Shown: one piece after another, positions 36,333-44,377 of the stretch
How the letters are laid out: the number at the start of each line of letters is the position of its first letter
How positions within the stretch are numbered: the first letter of the stretch is position 1
Source: a virus
Reading direction: 5' to 3' (one strand)
Length of the DNA stretch: 64,000 nt
IMG/VR virus record: IMGVR_UViG_3300048818_000230
Span: 1-64,000 of that record
Translations under genes and position numbers: made by a program
Notes under the pieces: model-generated
The model's input: only the letters and a program-made list of their open reading frames with translations
Databases searched by the model: none
Told to the model about the DNA's origin: nothing

Positions 36333-36423
36333 ATGTCCATTCTGCTCATCGTCGTGATCGTGATTCTTGCGGTAGTAGTTGCACGTAGTTTCTAGCCCCC
36401 ACCCCGATAGAAAGGGGAAGCTC

Positions 36424-37263
36424 GTGAGCTTCAAGATCCAGTCCATCAGCGCCGAGGCTCACGAGCTCGAGGCGAAGGTCGAAGCAGCCGAGGGCCGCGC
36501 GACGAAGATCGCGCAGGTCATCGCCAAGCACGTCGAGGAGATCGCCAAGGAGATCGGTGGCTACATCACGATCTCTGGCGGCGGCCATCTCAATTCCGTC
36601 GAAGGACAGCCCGGAGACAGCGTGGTGCTCAACATCAACTCGCTGCCCAACCCCGCGAAGCCGACGCCCAGTGGGTTGTACCCGCCGGAAGCTAGTGGCG
36701 CGAATCCGCAGCCTGCGGATGGTTCGCCGGCCGCGCGTCAAGAAGCAGTCCCTCAGCCGCTTGTGATTGGCATGGAAGACGGTGATCAACCGCCGATCGT
36801 TCCTGATCGCGATCCAGCCACTCAGGCGCAGCCTCAGCTTCCTGATTCGCAGGTCGAGAAGGCTGATCGGGAAGCTGCTCTCGCAGCTCATCCCGATCAT
36901 CCAGTCGGATGGGAAGGCGCAGCGACAAACCCCGACGGAACGACCGCCGAAAACCCAGATCTCACATACTCCGGTATTGGCAGCCAGTTGCCTGCCGAGA
37001 GCAACCTGCCTGATCCAAGTAATTTCCCTCTGGTCACTGGGGATGCTTCTACGTTCTCCTCAGCGCCAGTGGTATTAGAGCCGGCCGCAGAACCGTATCC
37101 AACGGCGCTGCCAGTCGAGTCTGAGCCAGTTCCTCCGCCAGCAGATGCGCCCCAGACATGGGCTCCTGTCGAGCCAGCCGTCGATATCAGTGTGCCGGCG
37201 CCGCCGTTTAGCGATCCACCTGCGCCGGCTCAGCCGCTTGCACCAGGGGATCTTGCGCAGTAG
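36424..37263 (+). CDS. proline-rich hypothetical protein
   Basis: GTG after AAAGGGGAAG. N-terminal coiled region, then a long P-rich low-complexity tail. Confidence 0.45.
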   Translation: MSFKIQSISAEAHELEAKVEAAEGRATKIAQVIAKHVEEIAKEIGGYITISGGGHLNSVEGQPGDSVVLNINSLPNPAKPTPSGLYPPEASGANPQPADGSPAARQEAVPQPLVIGMEDGDQPPIVPDRDPATQAQPQLPDSQVEKADREAALAAHPDHPVGWEGAATNPDGTTAENPDLTYSGIGSQLPAESNLPDPSNFPLVTGDASTFSSAPVVLEPAAEPYPTALPVESEPVPPPADAPQTWAPVEPAVDISVPAPPFSDPPAPAQPLAPGDLAQ

Positions 37264-37682
37264 TGCCTGATCGCGAGGCAATCCAGCAGGGCTTGGACTT
37301 CGAGAAAGCGGTGAGCGAGTCTCTTGGGCTCGATCTCACCGTTGCCTCGGGGAATCGCTGGAACGATCGCGGAGACGCGCGCGGACTGGGATTGCGGCCG
37401 AGCTGCAAGAGCAATTCGATCACGAAGCGCACATGGCCACGGACGAGAGAGCAGCTCCGAGAGGCAATCGACATGGCCAGCGGCACCGGACAGCTTCCTC
37501 TGCTTGCTATCCAAGACCAGGATGGCTCTCAGCTCGTCCTGCTGCGTCTCGAGGACTTCGCCGAGGTCCTGCAAGGGAATCATGCTCAGACACCCTCGCA
37601 GCGCCGCTCAGAGCGCGTGAGGGCTGCTGCAGCCATTCCTCTGATGCGACGTCAGCAAACTGAGAAGTCGAAATTTTCCTAG
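37263..37682 (+). CDS. hypothetical protein (weak PD-(D/E)XK/Hjc-like resemblance)
   Basis: GLDFEKAV...ASGNRWNDRGD...SCKS pattern only. Function very uncertain. Confidence 0.4.
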   Translation: MPDREAIQQGLDFEKAVSESLGLDLTVASGNRWNDRGDARGLGLRPSCKSNSITKRTWPRTREQLREAIDMASGTGQLPLLAIQDQDGSQLVLLRLEDFAEVLQGNHAQTPSQRRSERVRAAAAIPLMRRQQTEKSKFS

Positions 37683-37717
37683 AGGTGGTTTCTCCCAGAA
37701 CTTTGTGTCATTCCGCA

Positions 37718-38158
37718 CTAACTATTAGGCCAGTGTCGGACGATCATGCCGGTGGTATCGAGAGTCATCCATCCCACATCTGCTCCGGTGTGAGGTGCCT
37801 GCCACCACTCATGCTCGAAGAAACGCGGATTGAACCAGAGTCCGGTATGCTCTTCGACGGCGTCGTTGCGGACGTAGACGCTCATGTAGAGGCCGAGTCC
37901 TTCCTCACCCCACTCCATGAGATTGCCTGTTGAGAGCGGGAATGGTGGTCGAGGGTTCCAGCACATGCCGCCCGCGCGCAGAACGATCGACACGCCGGAT
38001 GAGCAGTCGACTCCTGCGCCCTTCGTGCCGATTCCCTGAGCGAAGCTCAGCGACGGCAGCCAGAGCGAGTTGTGGCCGCCCGAGAAGACGTAGGGAAGGC
38101 CGACGAGTGATCCAGCCTTCGCGTAGCACAGCTTGACGCGCGGCAGCATGTCAGTCAT
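37718..38158 (-). CDS. NlpC/P60-family cell-wall peptidase
   Basis: GLPYVFSGGH...GVDCSSGVSIVL matches the NlpC/P60 catalytic-Cys motif. AGGAGG RBS overlaps the upstream stop. Confidence 0.65.
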   Translation of the reverse strand: MTDMLPRVKLCYAKAGSLVGLPYVFSGGHNSLWLPSLSFAQGIGTKGAGVDCSSGVSIVLRAGGMCWNPRPPFPLSTGNLMEWGEEGLGLYMSVYVRNDAVEEHTGLWFNPRFFEHEWWQAPHTGADVGWMTLDTTGMIVRHWPNS

Positions 38159-38167
38159 CGAGTCCTC

Positions 38168-38749
38168 CTAACCGAGGCATCCCGAGAAGGTCACCCACCG
38201 CGATGCTTGGCCCTGCGACCAGTACCACATGGCGGCGAGGCTCGACCACAGCGGATCCCATACGCTATGCGCTGCGTACGGCGAGCTAGCCCATGTCCCA
38301 TCGTCGAACTGCCAGAGCCCATGGTGCGTGGGGTTGGCGTTGTTTGCTGGGTCATTGCCTGATTCATCACGCGCAACGCATTCCGCAGTTGAGATCGATT
38401 GGTGATATTTCCTCGCCGCGTAGACGATGCACGGGAGGACGTTGGTGCTCGAGCATCCGGCTGTAGCTCGAGCTAGACGCCGTATCGCTGCCGCGCGCGC
38501 TCGACCAACCTCGTAGTACCTCCAGATCGCGCAATGGACCGGATCCCCAGTCTCTCCGCAGAGGTGATGAGCTAGATGGGCGATACATTTGCGGTCGGAG
38601 TGGCAAACGATTCGTGCCTTCCCTGGCTTGATCTGCGTCCCGCCTGTACGGTGGTCAATGGCTGGATGGTGATGAACGCCGCTGTCCGCTATCCCTGGAG
38701 CTGCGAGGAAGAGCGCAAGTGCAGCGATTGCGATGGGAATGCGGTGCAG
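38168..38749 (-). CDS. secreted SLT/Rpf-like lytic transglycosylase, CTG start (absent from ORF track)
   Basis: Manual translation gives a 193-codon open frame. GGAGG lies 9 nt upstream of CTG 38749. Signal peptide (M)HRIPIAIAALALFLAAPGIA/DSG; AECVARDESGNDPANNANPTHHGLWQFDDGTW. Confidence 0.6.
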   Translation of the reverse strand: MHRIPIAIAALALFLAAPGIADSGVHHHPAIDHRTGGTQIKPGKARIVCHSDRKCIAHLAHHLCGETGDPVHCAIWRYYEVGRARAAAIRRLARATAGCSSTNVLPCIVYAARKYHQSISTAECVARDESGNDPANNANPTHHGLWQFDDGTWASSPYAAHSVWDPLWSSLAAMWYWSQGQASRWVTFSGCLG

Positions 38750-38846
38750 GACATCTGACCTCCGCTTCGGGTTGGGCCACCTCTATGGCCCCGAACTGCG
38801 CAATAGGCAGTCATCGCCCCATTCTGAGGCGGCATTTGCTACGTGT

Positions 38847-39158
38847 CTAACCCCAGAAGATCTCTCCCGTGGGAGTTCCGGATGTGAAGCTGATGTAGAT
38901 CGACCCGGAGTCGACCTCGAGAGGATCAGGAAACTCGATCGTCTGCTCTACGCCGGCAGCGAGCTCGACGGTGTCAAGCAGAACGCCGCCCGTAGAGGTC
39001 CCGTCGTAGATCGCGAAGACAGAAGCAGCCGCAGAGAAGGCGCTCCAGCCCCACAGAGCAGTCGGTTTGACCGCAACAGGATCTCCGCCGCCATCTGCAT
39101 CGACGGTGCAAACCAGCAACCCGCTTGAACCGGGAATCGCAGCAGATTTGGCCGCCAT
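38847..39158 (-). CDS. hypothetical beta-rich protein
   Basis: Internal ATG 39158 overlaps the upstream stop (ATGA). The longer ORF-track N-terminus is Arg-rich junk. Confidence 0.45.
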   Translation of the reverse strand: MAAKSAAIPGSSGLLVCTVDADGGGDPVAVKPTALWGWSAFSAAASVFAIYDGTSTGGVLLDTVELAAGVEQTIEFPDPLEVDSGSIYISFTSGTPTGEIFWG

Positions 39159-39382
39159 CAGACCGTGTTCTGAAGGATCGTCAGAATGTTCGTGACGTTC
39201 AGCGCCTGGATCGGCGGCGTATCGCCCGGCTCTGACGTATTGGCGTTTGGCGTCACGATGAGGAAGCCGTTGGCGATTCCTGCGATTGCCAGTGCAGGCG
39301 TCGCGAAGGTATCGGTGTCGACGTACTCCGGCGACGCGCCGGCGCCTGGGAACGAGAGCATCCTGATGCGTACTCCGGCCAT
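39158..39382 (-). CDS. hypothetical protein
   Basis: 74 aa, GAAGGAG RBS. Confidence 0.45.
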   Translation of the reverse strand: MAGVRIRMLSFPGAGASPEYVDTDTFATPALAIAGIANGFLIVTPNANTSEPGDTPPIQALNVTNILTILQNTV

Positions 39383-39492
39383 GGGGGCTCCTTCGGTTTG
39401 CTGGGAAGATCTTCGCTGTGAAGCCTACCAACTCGTAGCGAGAATCGCTACTATGCACTGACCCCCGGCACAGGGTCTCCGGTTCCATGGCA

Positions 39493-39531
39493 GAAGCGCG
39501 CGTCGGTACCCCACATCTGACGCGCGTCTTC
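39493..39531 (-). terminator. long GC hairpin GAAGACGCGCGTC-N14-GACGCGCGCTTC
   Basis: About 12-bp stem read directly, downstream of the 39567 stop on the minus strand. Confidence 0.4.
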
Positions 39532-39566
39532 TGCTTGCTTGCTGCCGGGAGATCGGCTAGAATGCT

Positions 39567-39794
39567 CTAGTAGACGCGCGGGAGATCCCCGTCGTCTCGT
39601 CTCTCGATCGAGCGCCTGCGGTTAGTCACCGCATCAAAGGCGCTCGATCGCTTTACTGGCTTGCCCAGCACCTCGATCTTCGCGCCGTTGCGCAGAAGCG
39701 CCGGATCCACGAAGCGAACCGTCATCTCGTGGTAGCGACCTTCGAGTTCTGCGAGCTCACGGATGGCGCGGTTCATGACCTGAGTGCTGTTCAT
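39567..39794 (-). CDS. hypothetical protein
   Basis: Internal ATG (MNSTQVMNRAIRELAELEGRYHE...), 75 aa. Confidence 0.4.
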   Translation of the reverse strand: MNSTQVMNRAIRELAELEGRYHEMTVRFVDPALLRNGAKIEVLGKPVKRSSAFDAVTNRRRSIERRDDGDLPRVY

Positions 39795-39930
39795 ATGCTT
39801 GCCGCGATGACCCGAGAGTGTTATGGAAGCACCTCGCCCGGCAGGGTCCTTACGCCGGTCCAGAGCAAGAAGCGGTTGTGAGCCCAGAACCACTCAGGGA
39901 TGATGCTTTTGCCTGGCTGCGTCTGCTCGC

Positions 39931-40143
39931 TCACGAATGAACCTCATCACCACGCGACCACGGACAGCGCGCGCAGCCAGGATTGCGACGAGAGTTGGCA
40001 TGCGGGAGGAATTCGTGTGCTTCCCTGCGCCGCAGAGGAACGATCTCGAGGCCGACTTCGGCGAGAGAAGCGATCAGCCTGCGCGTATGTTCCTGATCGA
40101 GGAGGTCTGGAGCGCGGTGGTCGATGACAGCCATGGGGCTCAT
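39931..40143 (-). CDS. hypothetical protein
   Basis: 70-aa ORF. Composition only moderately protein-like. Confidence 0.3.
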   Translation of the reverse strand: MSPMAVIDHRAPDLLDQEHTRRLIASLAEVGLEIVPLRRREAHEFLPHANSRRNPGCARCPWSRGDEVHS

Positions 40144-40177
40144 TGTAATACCACGATAACGCTAGAAGCAAGTAGCT

Positions 40178-41104
40178 TCACAAGCTAGAAATCGGTGGGG
40201 TTGTGAAGTCGAAGCTCGTAGGCACCAAGATGCTGCTGCGGTTGTTGCCGCCTAGTTTCGTCTGAGCTGCCATCACGGTAAACTTCTCGAGGTCGGCGTC
40301 CTTGTAGTGCTCCATCGTCTGGCCGGTGACTTGGTTGTATCGCTCGGCGGTGATGTACGAGCTGAGTTCCGTGCTCTGCTGGGTGTAGCAAGCGACGGTG
40401 AAGCCCTGATTGCGCGTCCACGAGAGCGTGTGCCCAGGACCGACTCCAGCGGTGTAGTGACCGCCTTCAGCGGTCGCGTTCGCCACGTACTGCCATGGCT
40501 GGCCAGCGTCGAACTGGTTCATCATCTGGTCCGTGAAGTTCCAAGCGATGCCGCTGATCTCGAAGAGGTAGGTAATCTCGCAGTAGGTCTGGTAATCGCT
40601 GGGCTCGGCGAAGAAGTAGACGCCGATCTTGTAGTTCTTCCCAGCCTTGTCGGTGATACCAGTCTTCTGGGCGTAGTCGAGCACCGTGCGCGTGTCCAGA
40701 CCGTTGTCGTTGGCGCCGGTCTGCGCGTTGTAGCCGCTGAGCAGCGAGTAGATGTTCACGGCGCTCGTGCCGTCGAGACCCACGGGAAGCGGTCGACCAG
40801 CGTTGTGGGAGTCGATGTAGAGCTCGTTGAGCTTGCCGGCGATCTCGCAGTCTCCGCAACCCTGATTCGCCAGACCATCGGCCGAGGGATCAGGCCCATT
40901 CGCCCACATTGGGTAGACCGGGAAGTCATTGCCGTGGCCCCAGACGGCAGGAATGTTGACGCCGGGGATCGGCACCAAGCCGGCCTTCACAAGCGCAGGA
41001 CGGAAATCGGTGTAGCGGATGTCTCGAGCATCGAACGGCGTGGGGTTGTGGCCGAGACGAACGTACCCGTCGAGACTGTGGCTGTAGAGGATTCTGGTGC
41101 TCAT
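40178..41104 (-). CDS. papain-like (C1-like) cysteine peptidase candidate
   Basis: NQGCGDCEIAG resembles Q..CGSCWA, and EGGHYTAGVG resembles the catalytic-His strand. AAAGGAG RBS. Confidence 0.5.
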   Translation of the reverse strand: MSTRILYSHSLDGYVRLGHNPTPFDARDIRYTDFRPALVKAGLVPIPGVNIPAVWGHGNDFPVYPMWANGPDPSADGLANQGCGDCEIAGKLNELYIDSHNAGRPLPVGLDGTSAVNIYSLLSGYNAQTGANDNGLDTRTVLDYAQKTGITDKAGKNYKIGVYFFAEPSDYQTYCEITYLFEISGIAWNFTDQMMNQFDAGQPWQYVANATAEGGHYTAGVGPGHTLSWTRNQGFTVACYTQQSTELSSYITAERYNQVTGQTMEHYKDADLEKFTVMAAQTKLGGNNRSSILVPTSFDFTTPPISSL

Positions 41105-41256
41105 GAAGGCAGGTCTCCTTTTTCTCCGCTGGTCGCGCGCAGGGGATTGTTCCTCTTATCGATAGCCTTTAGCGTCTTTATCCGCCGTGCGTAGATGCCT
41201 GCGAGAGTGAGCGTCGCGAGATACTGCGCGTAGGCTTTGGTGATTGGCGTGCTCAT
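41101..41256 (-). CDS. 51-aa protein (below ORF-track cutoff)
   Basis: Manual translation MSTPITKAYAQYLATLTLAGIYARRIKTLKAIDKRNNPLRATSGEKGDLPS. ATGA overlaps at both ends. Confidence 0.35.
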   Translation of the reverse strand: MSTPITKAYAQYLATLTLAGIYARRIKTLKAIDKRNNPLRATSGEKGDLPS

Positions 41257-41615
41257 GAGGCTTCCTCCTGCCATTCGACCTCAGTAACCCTGCGCAAGGC
41301 CACGACCTTGAGCATCGGATCCGCCATGACCGCCAAGTAGTGTGGACACTCGAGCGAATGCACCATCAGCGGACCGAGGCCGGGAAGACCTCCTTGCGGA
41401 CTCGGCACGGTGTTGTCGCGTCGTATGTAAAGAAGTCGTCCTTCGTCGCGGATTCTCTCGCCGCACTGGCACAGCACCTGAGCTGCAATGAGCTGCTGGT
41501 TGAAGGCTTCGTCAGCGACTTTCTTGGGAGCGCCTTTGAGCGCGCTGAGGTCGACTGCGCCGGCAGACGGTGGTGGCTGGGAGATCGGACTCACTTGGAG
41601 TTTGTGGTTGCTCAT
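41253..41615 (-). CDS. hypothetical protein
   Basis: 120-aa ORF, ATGA-coupled. Confidence 0.45.
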   Translation of the reverse strand: MSNHKLQVSPISQPPPSAGAVDLSALKGAPKKVADEAFNQQLIAAQVLCQCGERIRDEGRLLYIRRDNTVPSPQGGLPGLGPLMVHSLECPHYLAVMADPMLKVVALRRVTEVEWQEEAS

Positions 41616-41968
41616 CCGAAGTAGCTCGCTGCGTCGTCGGTGCTGATCGAGATGATGTCGTCGGCAGCTATTTCGAGTGTGCTGATCAGATGGTCGATCT
41701 GGACAGTGTTCAGACGCGGTTTCTCTGGCGGGCTCGCTTGCAGCGGCACATGGAGACCTTTGTAGTCTGTGCTTGGAAGTTTGCCGGTGTCGAGAGCGGC
41801 GAGCGTCTTCTTGAGCGCGCTTCCGGCGGATGCCTTGTAGGTATCGAGCCGCTTCTCGTACGACGCAGCGTCGCGTTCATGGGCGGCGATGATCTTCTTC
41901 CGCTGATCACGAACCGCCTTGAGCAGATCCTCGGTGTTGACTCTGACCTTCATCGACGTGTTTCTCAT
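41612..41968 (-). CDS. hypothetical protein
   Basis: 118-aa ORF, ATGA-coupled. Confidence 0.45.
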   Translation of the reverse strand: MRNTSMKVRVNTEDLLKAVRDQRKKIIAAHERDAASYEKRLDTYKASAGSALKKTLAALDTGKLPSTDYKGLHVPLQASPPEKPRLNTVQIDHLISTLEIAADDIISISTDDAASYFG

Positions 41969-42285
41969 GTCTCCTCCTCGTGTGTGGCGCCGTTATTGCT
42001 CTCAAGCGAGCGGCGGATGGTCACTAGACTCTGGTACGTCAGCTCGACGACCTCGCAGATCTGCGTGTACTTCATTCCGCCGGCGCGTGCGGAATCGATC
42101 GTTTCGATGAGAGCTCGATTCGCTTCCATGTGGATCCTCTTCGCGCGAGCTTGTTCAGCCGCCTGAGCTTCGGCGGCAGCGGTCCTGATAGCTCGAGCCT
42201 CGCCGAGAGTCTTCTGACGGACATCCGCAGTAGTCATCAGCGCGAAGACCGCTGCACTGACTGTGTCTCGGTCGGTGGTGGTCAT
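41965..42285 (-). CDS. hypothetical protein with C-terminal HTH-like segment
   Basis: Probable start MTTTDRD. GMKYTQICEVVELTYQSLVTIRRSL is HTH-like. Confidence 0.4.
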   Translation of the reverse strand: MTTTDRDTVSAAVFALMTTADVRQKTLGEARAIRTAAAEAQAAEQARAKRIHMEANRALIETIDSARAGGMKYTQICEVVELTYQSLVTIRRSLESNNGATHEEET

Positions 42286-42427
42286 CGCTTGCAATCCCAA
42301 ATGATGATCGGCTGCACAACCCAGCGACCCGGAAGGTGGGGGGTGCTGTGCCGATAGATCTGGAGTCGTACTTGCAACCTTCCCAGCCGCACGTTCCATC
42401 TGCGCGACCATGTTCCGGGTCTGCCGT

Positions 42428-42631
42428 TCATCCCCACCACGACTCCTCGATCATCTGGGCGCCGGCTTGTGTCGTAATCAAGATGGCCGGATCAAACGGA
42501 TTTCGATCGACCGGCCGCAAATAGAACTCCGGCAAACCAATCCCCTTCCACCAGCAGCGAAGACCGGCCCAACGGTCATACCAAGTGATGGAGAGACGGC
42601 CGATACGTAAGCCGTAGCGGGAGAAGGTCAT
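42428..42631 (-). CDS. hypothetical protein
   Basis: 67-aa Trp-rich ORF. Confidence 0.35.
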   Translation of the reverse strand: MTFSRYGLRIGRLSITWYDRWAGLRCWWKGIGLPEFYLRPVDRNPFDPAILITTQAGAQMIEESWWG

Positions 42632-42662
42632 CTGACGCTAACACCCGAACTCGGCAGCCCAG

Positions 42663-43034
42663 TCATAGCCCGACCGCTTCGCCAGCATGGTGCTCCAATT
42701 GGCTCTGCGTGGGGTTCTCAACCTCAGCGATGCGGATGAATGGATGCGGCTCTAGAACCTCGTCGCGGAGCTTGATCCACTCATGCCAGCGCAGCACGAG
42801 CCGCCCGGCGCGACCACCAAATGCGGGATCGCTGCCGTGGAAGCGCGTGACGTGACGGCCGCTGAAGATGTCGAGATGCGCGTGGTCGCCGAGACGCACG
42901 CACGCGACGGTAAAGCCGATTCCCGCGTACTCCGACGGAATGTACGCATTGAAGGTGTAGCCGCCCGGAGGATCGCTGCGGTTGCGCTCCGCAGTCTCCG
43001 GTTCGACTAGGTTTCGACTGGCGTTTTGCCCCAT
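42663..43034 (-). CDS. hypothetical protein
   Basis: 123 aa. Begins MGQNASR, encoded by a 20-bp repeat shared with the upstream gene. Confidence 0.45.
   Translation of the reverse strand: MGQNASRNLVEPETAERNRSDPPGGYTFNAYIPSEYAGIGFTVACVRLGDHAHLDIFSGRHVTRFHGSDPAFGGRAGRLVLRWHEWIKLRDEVLEPHPFIRIAEVENPTQSQLEHHAGEAVGL
43014..43033. repeat. 20-bp direct repeat TCGACTGGCGTTTTGCCCCA, copy 1
   Basis: Identical to 43310..43329. Confidence 0.8.
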
Positions 43035-43354
43035 CAGGACTCGTGCTCCGGGACGCGGCCGATCAGATCAAGGTCGCCAATCTCCACCTGGTGCTCGACC
43101 ATGTGGAAGTCCTGAGCATCTTGAAATGTCGCGGCGTTCTCGCCACGAGCGCAGACGTGCGCGATCACCGACGCCCACGTGTTCGCGTCGAGCGTCACGT
43201 CCTCTTGGTCAGGCCCGTTGCCGTGGCGAACGACTACGGAGCCATCGGCGCCGCGTCGGAAATACCAGCCTTGGATCGCATGAAAATCTCCCATCACAGC
43301 CTCCGGATCTCGACTGGCGTTTTGCCCCACTTGTGGCAGTTGAGAATCGCTCAC
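43034..43354 (-). CDS. hypothetical protein
   Basis: 106 aa. Contains VGQNASR encoded by the same 20-bp repeat. Confidence 0.45.
   Translation of the reverse strand: MSDSQLPQVGQNASRDPEAVMGDFHAIQGWYFRRGADGSVVVRHGNGPDQEDVTLDANTWASVIAHVCARGENAATFQDAQDFHMVEHQVEIGDLDLIGRVPEHES
43310..43329. repeat. 20-bp direct repeat TCGACTGGCGTTTTGCCCCA, copy 2
   Basis: Identical to 43014..43033. Confidence 0.8.
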
Positions 43355-43531
43355 GCGAAGTAGCGTATCAAGCTAGGACCACAATAGAAAGACCTAAAGT
43401 GTTGCGATTGGACGGATAGCTCGGTCGAGGCTACAAGCGAGGCCACGGGCGCATAGTTATCGTGCCTCGAAGGAAGCAGCTATGCCCTTGAGAAGCCCCG
43501 CTGCTGCTGGACGCGCGCTCGTCCTGAGCCG

Positions 43532-43573
43532 ATCATAATCCGCGTGTCGGGGGTTCGAGTCCCTCCTCCGGCA
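43532..43573 (+). other. tRNA-Met(CAU) 3'-half-like segment (anticodon loop to discriminator), attP/att core candidate
   Basis: AUCAUAA loop, UCCGC, GUGUC, T-arm GGGGG-UUCGAGU-CCCUC, acceptor 3' strand CUCCGGC-A. No matching 5' half (GCCGGAG, GCGGA) upstream. Confidence 0.5.
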
Positions 43574-43666
43574 CTGAGTTTACTGGGGTTTAGCTTAGTC
43601 AGGTTGTGACTAGAAGAGCTCCAGGCCACGATTTGGCCACCATCGGGAAGCTCTTTCAATAGCTAT

Positions 43667-43680
43667 CGATCTCTATTGAG
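43667..43680 (+). repeat. CGATCTCTATTGAG motif copy inside the AGCTATC/GATAGCT inverted repeat
   Basis: Exact match to 8391..8404. Confidence 0.5.
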
Positions 43681-43775
43681 ATAGCTCGGCGCCGAAAGCC
43701 AATCTGCTGCAGACGCGCTCTCGGCGCCATGCGGAAGACTACAGGGCAAATCGCAGTGGTCTTAGCGTCTTAGTT

Positions 43776-43794
43776 GAGATCGATCTCTACTGAG
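43776..43794 (+). repeat. GAGATCGATCTC palindrome plus CGATCTCTACTGAG motif copy
   Basis: 13/14 match to 8391..8404. The 12-bp perfect palindrome was read directly. Confidence 0.5.
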
Positions 43795-43868
43795 GTGCTG
43801 ACGGCTCCCAGTGAACGACATAGTCGAACGGGTCGCCTCGACGATGTCGGGGATCGAAGGGTGCCTAG

Positions 43869-44099
43869 TCAGGCGAGGCGACGCATCGTCTTAGGCTTCA
43901 CGTCCCACCGCCAATAACGACGGGCGGCCTCGGCCAGCGAGAGATATTCGGGCTCGGGCCACACGTTCTCGTCGACTTCGTTCCATTCGTATCTGGTCCC
44001 GTACCACTCCCCACGGTGGTTGCCTTCGTGGCCGTGGGGTAGCTTGCACGGCCAATCCCCAAACATAGCGGCTTGACACCGAGCTGCCTCTTGGCTCAT
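43869..44099 (-). CDS. hypothetical Cys/His/Trp-rich protein
   Basis: Internal ATG 44099 overlaps the upstream stop (ATGA). MSQEAARCQAAMFGDWPCKLPHGHEGNH... Confidence 0.4.
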   Translation of the reverse strand: MSQEAARCQAAMFGDWPCKLPHGHEGNHRGEWYGTRYEWNEVDENVWPEPEYLSLAEAARRYWRWDVKPKTMRRLA

Positions 44100-44377
44100 C
44101 AGATCAGGTCTTCCGCGCGTTTGACAGCGATGATCGAGGCAAGATTGACGATGGTTTGTGCTGCCGCAGCGACCTCGTCCCATTCGTCGGAATTCAGGTA
44201 GAACGAAGAATCGACGTGCTTCCCGCGGTCAGTGTTGCCATCTTCTAGCGGCACGCCTTGGTCGGTGAGATGCCCGTAGAGGGTCTTGAAGGCGTCGAGC
44301 ACCCACTTAGCATGGACCGCACGGCTGGTGTATCCCAGATCGTGAAGCCGCTTTGCGTCGTCCTGTAGATCGCTCAT
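44099..44377 (-). CDS. hypothetical protein
   Basis: 92-aa ORF, ATGA-coupled. Confidence 0.45.
   Translation of the reverse strand: MSDLQDDAKRLHDLGYTSRAVHAKWVLDAFKTLYGHLTDQGVPLEDGNTDRGKHVDSSFYLNSDEWDEVAAAAQTIVNLASIIAVKRAEDLI

Noticed and set aside
38191-38606. ORF-track entries 38191..38376- and 38367..38606-
   Set aside because: The translations are Arg/Ser-rich and motif-free. A different minus-strand frame (38168..38749, CTG start) gives a signal peptide plus a lysozyme-like motif and explains the locus better.
42230-42250. CUGAUGA matches inside coding regions (minus strand near 42236, 44095 and 54345)
   Set aside because: These are isolated heptamer matches within ORFs. They lack a flanking GAAA box or the three-helix arrangement.
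43480-43576. A complete tRNA gene
   Set aside because: Only the anticodon loop, 3' anticodon stem, T-arm and 3' acceptor strand are present. The expected 5' acceptor (GCCGGAG) and 5' anticodon stem (GCGGA) are absent at the required spacing. I also considered a tmRNA 3' end but could not support it, because no GGGG-type 5' partner or tag ORF is visible.
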